IMG/VR virus record: IMGVR_UViG_3300033153_011590
Coordinates: 1-64,000 of that record
DNA from: an uncultured virus (IMG/VR IMGVR_UViG_3300033153_011590)
Taxonomy: Duplodnaviria > Heunggongvirae > Uroviricota > Caudoviricetes
Strand: one strand, 5' to 3'
DNA: 64,000 nt
Part shown: positions 26,286 to 37,300 of the stretch, piece after piece
How the letters are laid out: each line of letters starts with the position of its first letter
Position numbering within the stretch: the stretch's first letter is position 1
The notes under the pieces: model-generated
The model's database searches: none
What the model was told of the DNA's origin: nothing
The model's input: only the letters and a program-made list of their open reading frames with translations
Translations under genes and position numbers: made by a program

Positions 26286-29200
26286 AGTTATCGTGCTCTT
26301 CTAAGAATTCATCAACTTCTTGTTCATATCTACTTTCAGCTAATGATGTTCCTTTACCGTATTCAGTATTTAGTCTGTTTTTACGTGATGTAAGTGTTGG
26401 AAATGCTTTTCCTGCTTTTGCATCTATCTCATTATCACTCCACTTAGCATTAGCAGGTCTTTTTTTGTTTAGCTTGTTAAGTCTAGCTTCTTCTTCATCT
26501 CTTTTAACTTCACGAATTGTTTCATATCTGTCATACTTGTTATAATCAGTAGAGCGTTCAATAAACAAGAATCTCTTATCGAATATTCTATCCATAGAGA
26601 CCGGAGTAGTTAATGGAAGAGGCATTTCTCCTTGACCCATATCGCCCCAATCAGCATTTACATTAACTCCAATGTATTTGAAAATAGAAGGCATAAAAGT
26701 TTTTCCAAGTTTACCTTGTGTTTTAGAACCACCTTGAAATTCTCCGGTAGTTATAATATCTTCAAATCTGTCTAGTTTTTCTGCAGCACCAATCCAATCA
26801 CCAAGTTTGAGTACGAATCTAAGAAAAGTTCCATCGGTACTCATTGTTTGAAGAAGCGACATAGGATTAGCAATTACTCCTAAATCATCCAGTAACATTC
26901 CAGCATTATTAATAACAAAATTTCTTGCCATAATTTGCTTCTTACATTTCCAAGTATCTTCTTCACAGTCAGCAAATTTGTAAAGTAAATTGCTCATAAG
27001 AATAAGATTTATTCTCATACCAATATTTACAAGCAATCCTCTCATAGCACCTGCTTCTTCTCGTGTAAGTCCTAATTTTTTTTCTACATCCATACCTTTG
27101 ATTGTTCTTCTTGTAGCAAGTGCAATAGGTATATTGAGTGTAGTTAATGAGAGTTCTGCCAATGTAACCCAAAGTTCTCTTAATATAGGAACTTGAGATT
27201 TTTCTTTTCGTGTTGCTTCTGCTACTATTCCTGCAACCAATGCTGCTCCTGCACCTATTGCTAGAGGCCAACCAAAAGTTGTTAAACCAAAAGCCCCCAT
27301 TGTAAGAGAAGCTGTAAATAAAGTTGCTGTTATTGGTTTGGCACTCCTCATAACACTTCTATGTCTTATTTTGCCTGCAGCAAGATTAGGGCCATGTCCC
27401 CAATAAGACCATATCATAGCAGGCAACCATCCTAAAAATATCATCCAATATGTTCCAAATTGGGTATTCTTTATCGGGATACCTGCTACATTGGAATAGT
27501 CACCATGTACTATCTTTACATTACTTACAGCATTCTCTCTGAAAGCTCTGTAATCACCACCTGACATTTTTTCCCAATTGTTGATGTTTTCTGTATTCTC
27601 TGTAATACCATCAGCTTGATATCTGAATTCAGGTTTAAGTTGTAATATTCCACCTTTACTTTTTTTCTTAACTTTTTTTCCATCTACAATCTTAGTATAA
27701 GAAGTACCTTTTATTCTTCCTTCTTCGTCAACTTCATTATAAATCAGAAATTCATTACCATTAAATATTTTGGATTTATTTCCATGAGAATCAATGATTT
27801 CTTCATCCATTAAAGTTGATAATATTGTAATAGTTTGATTACGCCATTCAGGAGCTGTAATAGAGAGGTAATAAGGATTAAACTTTTGCTTACCTGTAGT
27901 TTTACCTAAACGGTTACTAGCTCTTTGCTTTTCATTACGCATGTCCTGAATAATCTTAGACCTATCTATAAACATTTCAGCAAGTACAAGATTTTTTCCA
28001 TGACGTTTGTGATGCATAATATCTGCTTTTCCTCTAAGAGGTTGTCGTAAATAGAATTGTTTTCTACCTTTACCCATTACAAAGTTTACAACTCTTAATG
28101 AGTTACCTCTTGTCCATAAATCACCAACAGCATCGTGGAATACATTGGAAATTATACCATAAGCTACATTACGACTACCTGACACAAAGTTAAAAGCCAT
28201 ACCCATGAACATAATAATAGGATGAGCTACTTTGAATGGTAACATCATATCGAATTTTCTTCCCAAATTTTCCATTCTTTCTTGAATAGATTCTTCGTAA
28301 GTTGAAGGTATTGATAGTGTTTCTCCTCTGTGTTTAGCTTCTCTTTCATCTTTGAGTCTTTGTGCAAGTTCTTTGAGGAATTTTCTTTCTTTTTTTTCTT
28401 CAGGAGTCAGCATTTTCTTTCCTATTGGTGCTCCTTTTTCAGCAAAATTACCTTTTACGGCAGTTTCAATCCATTGGTCGACTCTTTTTTCTCCACGAAT
28501 TCTTTGTTCTCCTCCTTCTTTTACAACTTTGCCTCTTTTGTCTTTAATATTTGGTGTTGTTAATTGATTATAATAGTTCTGCATAAGTAAGATAGTAGGT
28601 GCAACTTCATTAGCGGCATCAACTCTTATAGCATGAGAAATAAAATGACGTAATACCTTGGGTAAATCCATACGATGCTGGTCAATAATTTCTCGTCTTG
28701 CACCAGTACGAATTGCTTTTTTTAAGAAATCATAACTGTTATTTTTAAGTTTTATAAACTCATTGAAGTCTTCTTCTATCATAACTTTTTTCAGAAAATC
28801 AACAAGTTCATCTGTTATGGTCACCTTTGCATTGTTAGGAATATCTTTTTTCGATGTTAAAGTCTTTATTTTTATACCATCTGTAATAGTCATTTCAAAA
28901 GTCTTGAGCATACTCTGATAATTACCGTTTTTTCTATCAACAAGTACTTTAGTACTTTTCATATTACCATAATTGATAGATTCTTCATCATTTTCTTTTC
29001 CGGTAAACTCGTATTCTTTTACACCTAATCCTTTTATAATTTTTCCAACTATTTTACTATGAGCATTTTTAACCATAGAACCTAGAGGTAAATCAGTTCT
29101 ACCTATTTGTTTCCGAAATTGTTTCTCCATAGCAAGTAAAGAGTTGAATGTAACTCTGTCTTGACCTACACTGGCTAAAACATTGTTTACATATAATAAT

Positions 29201-31377
29201 ACTTCACTTACTTCATTCCATAATCTGTACATTTCAGAATTATCGCTAATTGTCTCAAATCTTGGGTCTTTATATTTTTCTATGTTTTCATTATTAGGAA
29301 TAAATTCGTTGAATTTTGCATTTGGAGTTATTTGTACAACTTCTCCATCAACTATATGAGAATGTTGATTTGTTTCTGGTACATTAAATACATGAAAAGG
29401 ACTATTTTCCAAATCATATTGTTCAAGAATTTCTCTTTCTTTTGGAGATAAATCATCAACAGTTTTTTCTGGAAATCTTTCTTTAACAAATGCTGCTCTT
29501 TCAAATGTAAACTGGTCAATAAGTTTTATTTGAGAGTCAACAATCCTTTTGTATTCATAATTCTCTTTACCAGTACCTGCACCTATTTTTGCTTTCAGTC
29601 TTTCAGAATACCTTTTTGCATCAACATCACTAGTAAATCTAAAACCAAATCCTGCATTTTTGAATGCTTCTTTAACTTCAGGAAGTCTGCGTATATCAAT
29701 AAATTCACCATCTTTTCTTATTCTTTCAAATCTTTTTTCTTCATCCAATTCAATTGAGGTTTTCAAACTGAACCATTCCGATTTGAAAGGATTTATAAGA
29801 AATTCTGTTTGAAATTCTCTGGAATCCTTCTGATAAAATATAGAGTAGTCACCTTTGATTATACCTCTGAGTTTATGAAATAAGGTATCTATAATAGCCA
29901 TCTTTTCCTGACCATAAGCCATTTTTTCTGAAATCCTGTCAACAAACAAACTACTCATAATTTGAGGAATAACACTTTCTGAAAAGCCTTCTCCTCTTTT
30001 AAAATCATAAGTAAGAGTGGGGTCTAAGAATAATGCAGATAATTTATCAATATCATGAACATCTCCGAAAAGATAATCCATTACATTTCCTTTTTCAATT
30101 TTGGTATCTCCGAATGTATAAGCTTCTATTTTTCCTTTTTCATCCTTTACTTCTTTTATATTTCTATGAGCAATAAATGCAGCCTCGATATGTTTCATAT
30201 TCATATCATCAAGCTTTCCTTGCATTTCTTTGAAATTGTCATAAATTTTCATAAAAGCCTTTTTCATTTTTTCATTATCATATTCCAGACTATCCTTGAA
30301 GAAAGGATGGTTTGCTTTTACAACAAATTCTCCCAAAGACATATACCATGTAATAATGTCACGAGCTTCAATAAGGTCTCTACTGGTTGATTTAGAACTA
30401 AGTAAATTTTGTACTCTTGTCAAATCAGTAGCAGCCATACCTTCAATATTTTCAAGTACAGCTGCTGTAGAAGTTAATTCTTTTTTACGTTCTTTGAGTT
30501 CTTTGATTCTAAGTTGTATTCTTGCTATTTTTTCAGTTAAAGCATGAGATTCAGCTCTATCATAAGTTGTTTTGTTCTTGCCTATAAGTGCATTAAGCCT
30601 TTGTTGAAGTTTGCTAATATCATTAGCAACATATTCTTTATACTTCATGAAATCACCTTGTTTATCACTTCGGGTAAGTTCTCTAGGTAAAGCAGAATCT
30701 TCCATCTCTTCCTGAGTTTCAAAAAGTGGATTACCATAATCATCAAAAGGTTTGAGTATGTGATAATTAGCTTCTTCTTCATTTTGAATAAACTCATTTA
30801 TCATTCTCAAGTTTTCAGCATCAGCTCGTTTTTGGTTTTCAACTTTTATCATATGGTCAATATACGAATCACTAGGATTAATAAGTACATGTCCATTTTG
30901 AACAGATGCAATATCTTGTTCATATCTTGAGTTAATAATACCAGCAGTTCTTGCTGGATTGTCACTATAAAGAGTATTCGTGCCGGCTTTTTTTACATTA
31001 TCATTATGACCTCCTTTAGGTTTGACTGTAGTACCTATTGAAATAGCTTCTTCATATACAATAGATTTCATAACACCCATAGTTATTTTTTTTCTAGGAG
31101 CATCGTCTTCTGCAAATGACTCTGATATGTCGCTTAAAAAAGGTTCATCTAAAAATGCTCTTTTATAAATTGTAGATTTAAGTATAAACGCCTGTTCCTT
31201 ATTTCCTACAATGTCCAGTATTTGCTTGAATAGAACACTTGGATTTCCATCTTTATCAAATTCCAATGAGTATCCATTATTTGCACTTATCAAAGTTAAA
31301 GCAGTGTCCTTACTTCCAAATACTTCTGTTAACTTCTTGAAGTTCTCTTTCGCTATTTTATTCTTAAAACAACTCAT
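26284..31377 (-). CDS. Large virion cargo/ejection protein with C-terminal hydrophobic segments
   Basis: 1697 aa, mostly helical, TM-like LFTASLTMGAFG...LAIGAGAALVAGIVA; lies next to the virion RNAP as in crAss-like phages. Confidence 0.7.
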   Translation of the reverse strand: MSCFKNKIAKENFKKLTEVFGSKDTALTLISANNGYSLEFDKDGNPSVLFKQILDIVGNKEQAFILKSTIYKRAFLDEPFLSDISESFAEDDAPRKKITMGVMKSIVYEEAISIGTTVKPKGGHNDNVKKAGTNTLYSDNPARTAGIINSRYEQDIASVQNGHVLINPSDSYIDHMIKVENQKRADAENLRMINEFIQNEEEANYHILKPFDDYGNPLFETQEEMEDSALPRELTRSDKQGDFMKYKEYVANDISKLQQRLNALIGKNKTTYDRAESHALTEKIARIQLRIKELKERKKELTSTAAVLENIEGMAATDLTRVQNLLSSKSTSRDLIEARDIITWYMSLGEFVVKANHPFFKDSLEYDNEKMKKAFMKIYDNFKEMQGKLDDMNMKHIEAAFIAHRNIKEVKDEKGKIEAYTFGDTKIEKGNVMDYLFGDVHDIDKLSALFLDPTLTYDFKRGEGFSESVIPQIMSSLFVDRISEKMAYGQEKMAIIDTLFHKLRGIIKGDYSIFYQKDSREFQTEFLINPFKSEWFSLKTSIELDEEKRFERIRKDGEFIDIRRLPEVKEAFKNAGFGFRFTSDVDAKRYSERLKAKIGAGTGKENYEYKRIVDSQIKLIDQFTFERAAFVKERFPEKTVDDLSPKEREILEQYDLENSPFHVFNVPETNQHSHIVDGEVVQITPNAKFNEFIPNNENIEKYKDPRFETISDNSEMYRLWNEVSEVLLYVNNVLASVGQDRVTFNSLLAMEKQFRKQIGRTDLPLGSMVKNAHSKIVGKIIKGLGVKEYEFTGKENDEESINYGNMKSTKVLVDRKNGNYQSMLKTFEMTITDGIKIKTLTSKKDIPNNAKVTITDELVDFLKKVMIEEDFNEFIKLKNNSYDFLKKAIRTGARREIIDQHRMDLPKVLRHFISHAIRVDAANEVAPTILLMQNYYNQLTTPNIKDKRGKVVKEGGEQRIRGEKRVDQWIETAVKGNFAEKGAPIGKKMLTPEEKKERKFLKELAQRLKDEREAKHRGETLSIPSTYEESIQERMENLGRKFDMMLPFKVAHPIIMFMGMAFNFVSGSRNVAYGIISNVFHDAVGDLWTRGNSLRVVNFVMGKGRKQFYLRQPLRGKADIMHHKRHGKNLVLAEMFIDRSKIIQDMRNEKQRASNRLGKTTGKQKFNPYYLSITAPEWRNQTITILSTLMDEEIIDSHGNKSKIFNGNEFLIYNEVDEEGRIKGTSYTKIVDGKKVKKKSKGGILQLKPEFRYQADGITENTENINNWEKMSGGDYRAFRENAVSNVKIVHGDYSNVAGIPIKNTQFGTYWMIFLGWLPAMIWSYWGHGPNLAAGKIRHRSVMRSAKPITATLFTASLTMGAFGLTTFGWPLAIGAGAALVAGIVAEATRKEKSQVPILRELWVTLAELSLTTLNIPIALATRRTIKGMDVEKKLGLTREEAGAMRGLLVNIGMRINLILMSNLLYKFADCEEDTWKCKKQIMARNFVINNAGMLLDDLGVIANPMSLLQTMSTDGTFLRFVLKLGDWIGAAEKLDRFEDIITTGEFQGGSKTQGKLGKTFMPSIFKYIGVNVNADWGDMGQGEMPLPLTTPVSMDRIFDKRFLFIERSTDYNKYDRYETIREVKRDEEEARLNKLNKKRPANAKWSDNEIDAKAGKAFPTLTSRKNRLNTEYGKGTSLAESRYEQEVDEFLEEHDN

Positions 31378-34300
31378 TTTCTACATTTAAGATTGTTAAT
31401 ATTTGTATTACCAAAGGTATCATTAATATCATCAACAAGATACTGATATTCGTTGTTGAGTATTTCTTGTCTTTTAGCAGGAGATAAATCAGGCGGATTA
31501 GTTCCTGTTAAATCACCTTCTGAAGGGTGCATTGGGGTAAATGATGCAGGCTTCTTTTCACTGATAAATGTATCTGTAAATGAAGCTTCATTTTCATTAA
31601 TTACAACTTTTTTTGAAGCTCTTGACATTGCAACATAATATAGTGTATTCTTCTCTGAATTTATTTGTTTACCATCAAGCATTATTTTCAAATCTGGTAC
31701 TCTATTCAAACTTTCCATATTAAAATATACATTTTCTACAGTCAACCCTTGACTTTTATGAATTGTAATAGCATATCCATAATCAATTCCTTTATTCAAT
31801 ACCACTTTTCCATGTAAGTTCTTTGGTGTACGTGCTATTATATTCTTATCTTTTTTTACAACTCTGTCATTCTGTATGTCATACATATAATTGTCACCAA
31901 CGTCATATGAACCAAGACTTCTTTCATGTCCTTCAAGTACATTTGTTAATTGTTTTTTTAGTCCCCAATCTCTTGCTGCTGTTGCTACACTAATTTCATT
32001 TACAGTATTTACAATATCTTTAAAAATATCAGAAAGAAGTCTGTTATTGTTTTCCATTTGTTTTTCAGTCAGGTCAAATCCAAGTGAATCATCTAAAGAC
32101 AGTTGCATATATTTTCCTTCAGCCTCTTCAGATACACCTTCATATTTTTCAGCCATTTTACCAAGAACACTAGATTTTCCCTTAATATGAATTATTCCAC
32201 TGTCATCTTTTTTTATTTCTGTTATTTCATATTTAACGCTGTTTGCAATGTCACCATCTTCAATTTGTTTAGTATTGTTTCCACCATAACCAATTACTTG
32301 TTCTCCAACTTTCGGTTCGCCTGAAAATCCAAGCAATTGTCTTGCTGAAGCATTAGATGCTTTTACACCTTTGTTAGTGTAGTCAATAATAACTGTTTCT
32401 TCAGCATTTTCTTTTAGGTCTTTCATTAAGGATGATACAAATTCTTTTGTTGGAACTATTCGAATAGATTCATGTTTTGGTGTCTTGTAACTTTTATAAT
32501 CAATGTTGGTTCTGATTTTTGTAAGTAAATCTAAAAGTGGCCCTTCTGATTGACGATATACTTTATCAAGAACAAATTTAGATAACTCAAAAGCAGGAGA
32601 AACATTTTTTTCCGTAATACCTTTTCTTGTATCTACAACAGGAATTTGTGCAATATCACCCATAAGAATTAGTTTTCCACCTCTATTTTCAACTGCTGCT
32701 TGTAATCCATCAATTTCCTCTTTGCTTAACATTGAGGCTTCATCAACAATCATTAAAGGTGCTCCATATTTTCCTATTCTCTTATTTATTTTAGCACTAA
32801 ACAACCATTCTTTTTCATCACCAATTCTTCTTCCTTGAGCGTCTCTTTTATCAATTGCAAATACTGTACTTTTAACTGTAGAAGGAAGGTGTTTATTTCC
32901 AAGTTTTAAAGTTGCCATTCCAAGTTGTACTGTAGCAAAGTGAGTAGGTGCAACATAAGTTGGTATAAGATGAGATGTGCCTCTTTTTTCCAACATTTTC
33001 TGCAAATATCCAATAATAGTAGTTTTTCCTGTACCGGCACTACCTTGGAGAGTAATTACATTTTGAGCAAGAGCTTGTTTAACAACTTTATTATCTGTAG
33101 CATTACCTTCTACAAAAGAAAGTAATGTTATCAAAGCATCTTTTTGCTCTTTTCCCAATGGAAATTCTGTTTCAATAGTATCTCCTTTGTAAGTAAATTC
33201 TTTTTTACCTGTAGGCGGTTCTACTATTTTGGGCACAGGAGTTGGTTCTGGCTTAGTTGGTGGAGTTGAGGTGATTTCCCCCGTATCAGTATTAACATAT
33301 CGTACAACTTCTTTTTCACTTTCAGTTTCCGCTATAGGACTGATATCATATACAAAGAGTTTTCCTTTTCCATTTATCCAATTTTTAGTTTGAGCAAATT
33401 TGAAATTCTCAACAGAGCCTACATCTTCAGATGCAATCATTGCTTCAACACCTCCTGCTTCTTCAATTGTGAGTTCTCCTCTATTGGTTACAGTAAATGG
33501 TACATCTTCGAATACAACAACTTTAGTTTCTCCTACTGGAATACCAATTTTATCAGCTTCTTTTTTACTCCTTATAGTAGTGGTCTTTGTGCCAGCCTTT
33601 ATCTTAGTAACATTATCAGGTTGCATCCTGATAGTTGCTTGTTCTCCTTCTACACTATATACCTCTCCAGTATCCTCATCCACATAATCAAAAATATTAT
33701 TAAGCATTGTGTTTACTGATGTTTCTTCCTGTTTTGGCTCAACCTGAACAACATCTGCTATAACCATATTCAGGATAACTCCGCTTACAGCATCTAACAT
33801 TGTATTCTCAGCATTAGGATTGAGAGCTTTAAGCATATCTTTGATTATCTTGGTAAACTTATCAAAGAAGTTTGAGTCTTTATATTTCTGCTGTTGCAGC
33901 CTTTCTCTGAAAGTTGGTTCAGTCATAGTAGCTGTAACAAATTCTTTAACATTTGAGAAACCATAAATAAAGATTTCTTCTGGATTCAAAACTCCTTCTT
34001 CTGCCTTCTTTGTTCTCACCTGAGCTAGTTTCTCATCAGTAATTCCAAAGACATCTTTGGCATCTAAAAACATATTGTAAACATCTTTGATATGCTGAGG
34101 AACATCATTAATGGTTATACCCGATTTGAAGTTTCCTTCATGGTCAAAATATTCGTTAAACTCCTTTGATGTAAGACCATGAATATACTCATGCAAAAAT
34201 ACTTCTGCTTGTCTGTTTCTATCTTCTCCGAGTACAACATTTGTAGAGATTGTAGCATGATGTTGTGTAGGATTGTATTTACCATCTTCACCTATAAGTT

Positions 34301-37300
34301 TATCAACACCTATTGTCAATCCTTTATCATTAATAGGAATCAGAACTTTAGCAAGTTCACCTAATGAATCATCTCTGGTAGCAATAGACTGAAGTGTAGT
34401 TTTGGGACTATTTGATAATATACCATAAGCATCTGTAGATTCAGTTGATTCTGGCTGAATAGAAGTTACTTGAGCTGGCTTTACTTTACTGTTCAAGATA
34501 CTGTTTACATTAACTTTCTTAATGTCATACTCACTCATTCCGTGAACACCTACTTGTGGTAATCTGATATAACCTTTTCTGATAACATTTTTGTTATCTG
34601 AATACTCACCATAAATATATACATTAAAATTGTTTTCTACTGTATTCTTTATAGTAAACATAGCATGAGGAGTCTTAGTTCCATCTGCATTTTCAATCTT
34701 AGGTACTAATTCTTCAGGTATATTGTTGAGTTTGCCTACTTTATATTGTTCAAGATTAAGCTTTTTTCTTGTAAAAGAAGGAAGAGTATCAGGATTATGT
34801 TGAAAAAACTGAATAGCAAAATTACTTATACCTGCAGTCATTCCTAATAGTTTTGCCATTACTACTCCATCTGTAATGTCAATATTCTTCATATTATCTG
34901 TGTATCCCATCTCTTCAAGCATTCTTAAAGGAATATATTTTCCAAATTCAATTGGCCCTTGTACACCTCCTGAAAGAAATGAATAAGATGTGAGGTCTTC
35001 AGCTAAATCTACAGTTGTATAAATAGGTTCAATTCTGAATATAGATTTTTCTTGTCCTGCATCAAACTCTTCAGTCTGTTGAGTCCATTTGGTTCTTGGT
35101 TGTCCACTATCCAATACAAAGTTTCCTTCATAGTTATTCTTGGTCATCTTGCCCAAATAAGTAACTTTATACCGGTCACCTCTTGAATTATTATCTTTTG
35201 TCTTGAAAAGCTTTGTTTCACCTTTATTCATCCCCATGTTATTAGCTGTGACAATAACTTGTTTGTCAAAGCTTTCCATTGATTGAATCTCATGAGAAGT
35301 TAAAGCAAATTGTTGTTCCATATACAAGTCACCCTGTTCATTAGGAAGAATAGATTCATCCGATATTGCTTTATTATCAGGAAGAGCTTGAGGGTCTGCT
35401 ATCAAATTTTCGAATGCTACATAAACATTCTTTTCGTTAAAAGCATTATCAGCACTGTTATCAAAGAATATGGTTGATATACCATCATTATTTGATGGTA
35501 TATATTGAAGCATATCATTCAATAAATAATTAGTTGTTATCACATTGTTTTTTGCTGTCTTCAGACCCAACAGGTAAGATGCTAGTGAAGGAGCATCATC
35601 ATGTTCCAAAAACAGTCTTTTACGTTGTCCTTCAGTATTTCCATTTATAATAGTACTTTCCTGACCACTATTGATAAACTTGCGAATACCTTTCATCATA
35701 GTATTTTTGAACTCAACAGCTTCATTCTTACCATATTGAGTTGCTTTGGTCATTCTCATTATTTCATTCATTACATGCTCTACACTATCATTAGTATAAG
35801 GAAATAATGGTTGTCCTATATTGTTTGTTTCAAGAGAAAGAGCATGTCCTGTTGTAATACCTTTAACAATAAGATGGCCCATCATAGTTGTAGGTCTTAT
35901 AAATACATCTCCTACTGAAACATAGCCTGCTCTCATCCACTCTTGTATTGTAGCACTGCTTGCATCTGTTACTTGGTCACCAAATTTAAAATCTCCAATA
36001 ATATCTGTAATGTTCTCAAAATTCTCATCGAAGGCTATATTACTTAATAGTTCATACAAATATGTTGTATTAAACAGAGATTTATCAAGACCATTCTTCA
36101 TAATACCTACTAGTTGTTGCGTAGCACTTAAACTCATACTATATTCCTGAATTCTTAAGAACATAAATAAAGCATTAAGTTGAATACCATTATCAACACC
36201 GTTTTTAGCAGCATCATACATATTTTGAGTAGTCAATATATCATCTGTCTTCAAAGAATCCATTCCGCCAAATTCATCAATAAGTTCAGCAAGCATTTCT
36301 TCATTTGTCGGAAAAATTTTATTGATTTTCGCAGTTCTATTCTGTTTACGCTTAATATACTCTTTTACAATAGGTTGAGAAATTAACAGATATGATATGG
36401 ACATCCTTATAGGTTTGCGAGCTTTATCTAAAACTAACTCTCCATTAGCATCTTTTACATATTCACCCTTATCAAATCCAAGTAAAGTAAGAATGCTATC
36501 TACATTGATAGTTCCAGAGTTCACACCTACCCGGCCCAAGATTTGTTCTTTCTCATTGTCAGTAGCTGTATTCTGACGTTCTGCAAATGCTTCAGAGGTA
36601 GTTCTTATGTCATCCATAATATTTATTTCAATACCACCTTCTTTTTCACTTGTACGATTTCCCTCCTCATCTATGAATATCTTAGTGTCTTTTACTATTT
36701 CACTAATTTCATAATAAGTAAGAGAACCTTCTTTGAGTTTTTCAATTTGAGCAGTTTTGGTTTCTTGCAGACCTTTTTTGGAATTGATAATATCTACAAT
36801 TATTTTGATAGTATTTGAAGACAAGATATTGGTATATCTTCCTAGTTTACCATCAGACTTATAATTTCCTATTGTAAGTCCGGCATCACCAACATTGATT
36901 GAAATGTTAGATGAAGACTGTTGGAGAAGTGAATTGAATACTACAAAGTTAGAATAGACCCCAATAGCCATCTGACCAACAGCACCTAAGTTCATCTTCT
37001 TTGTCTGATATTCATCAGATAAAAGTGTATTGAATTCAGCATCTTCATCTTGAAGCTTTTCAGCCTGTTGTGAAGCATAATCCATTGAAAGCACCTTGTT
37101 AATCCTACGTTGTACTTCAGGATTATCACTACCCATTACTGCAGAGTGTATTCTTACAATCTCATTCTCAAGATATTTTTTCCTTATTTTTTGTAATGCT
37201 TTTATTCGAATTACTACATCTTCTACTGTAGTAGTTTTATATTTTGTACTGTTAAGTATAGCAGCAAGAGCTTTTTCAAGTTTGTTATTTACTTCATCTT

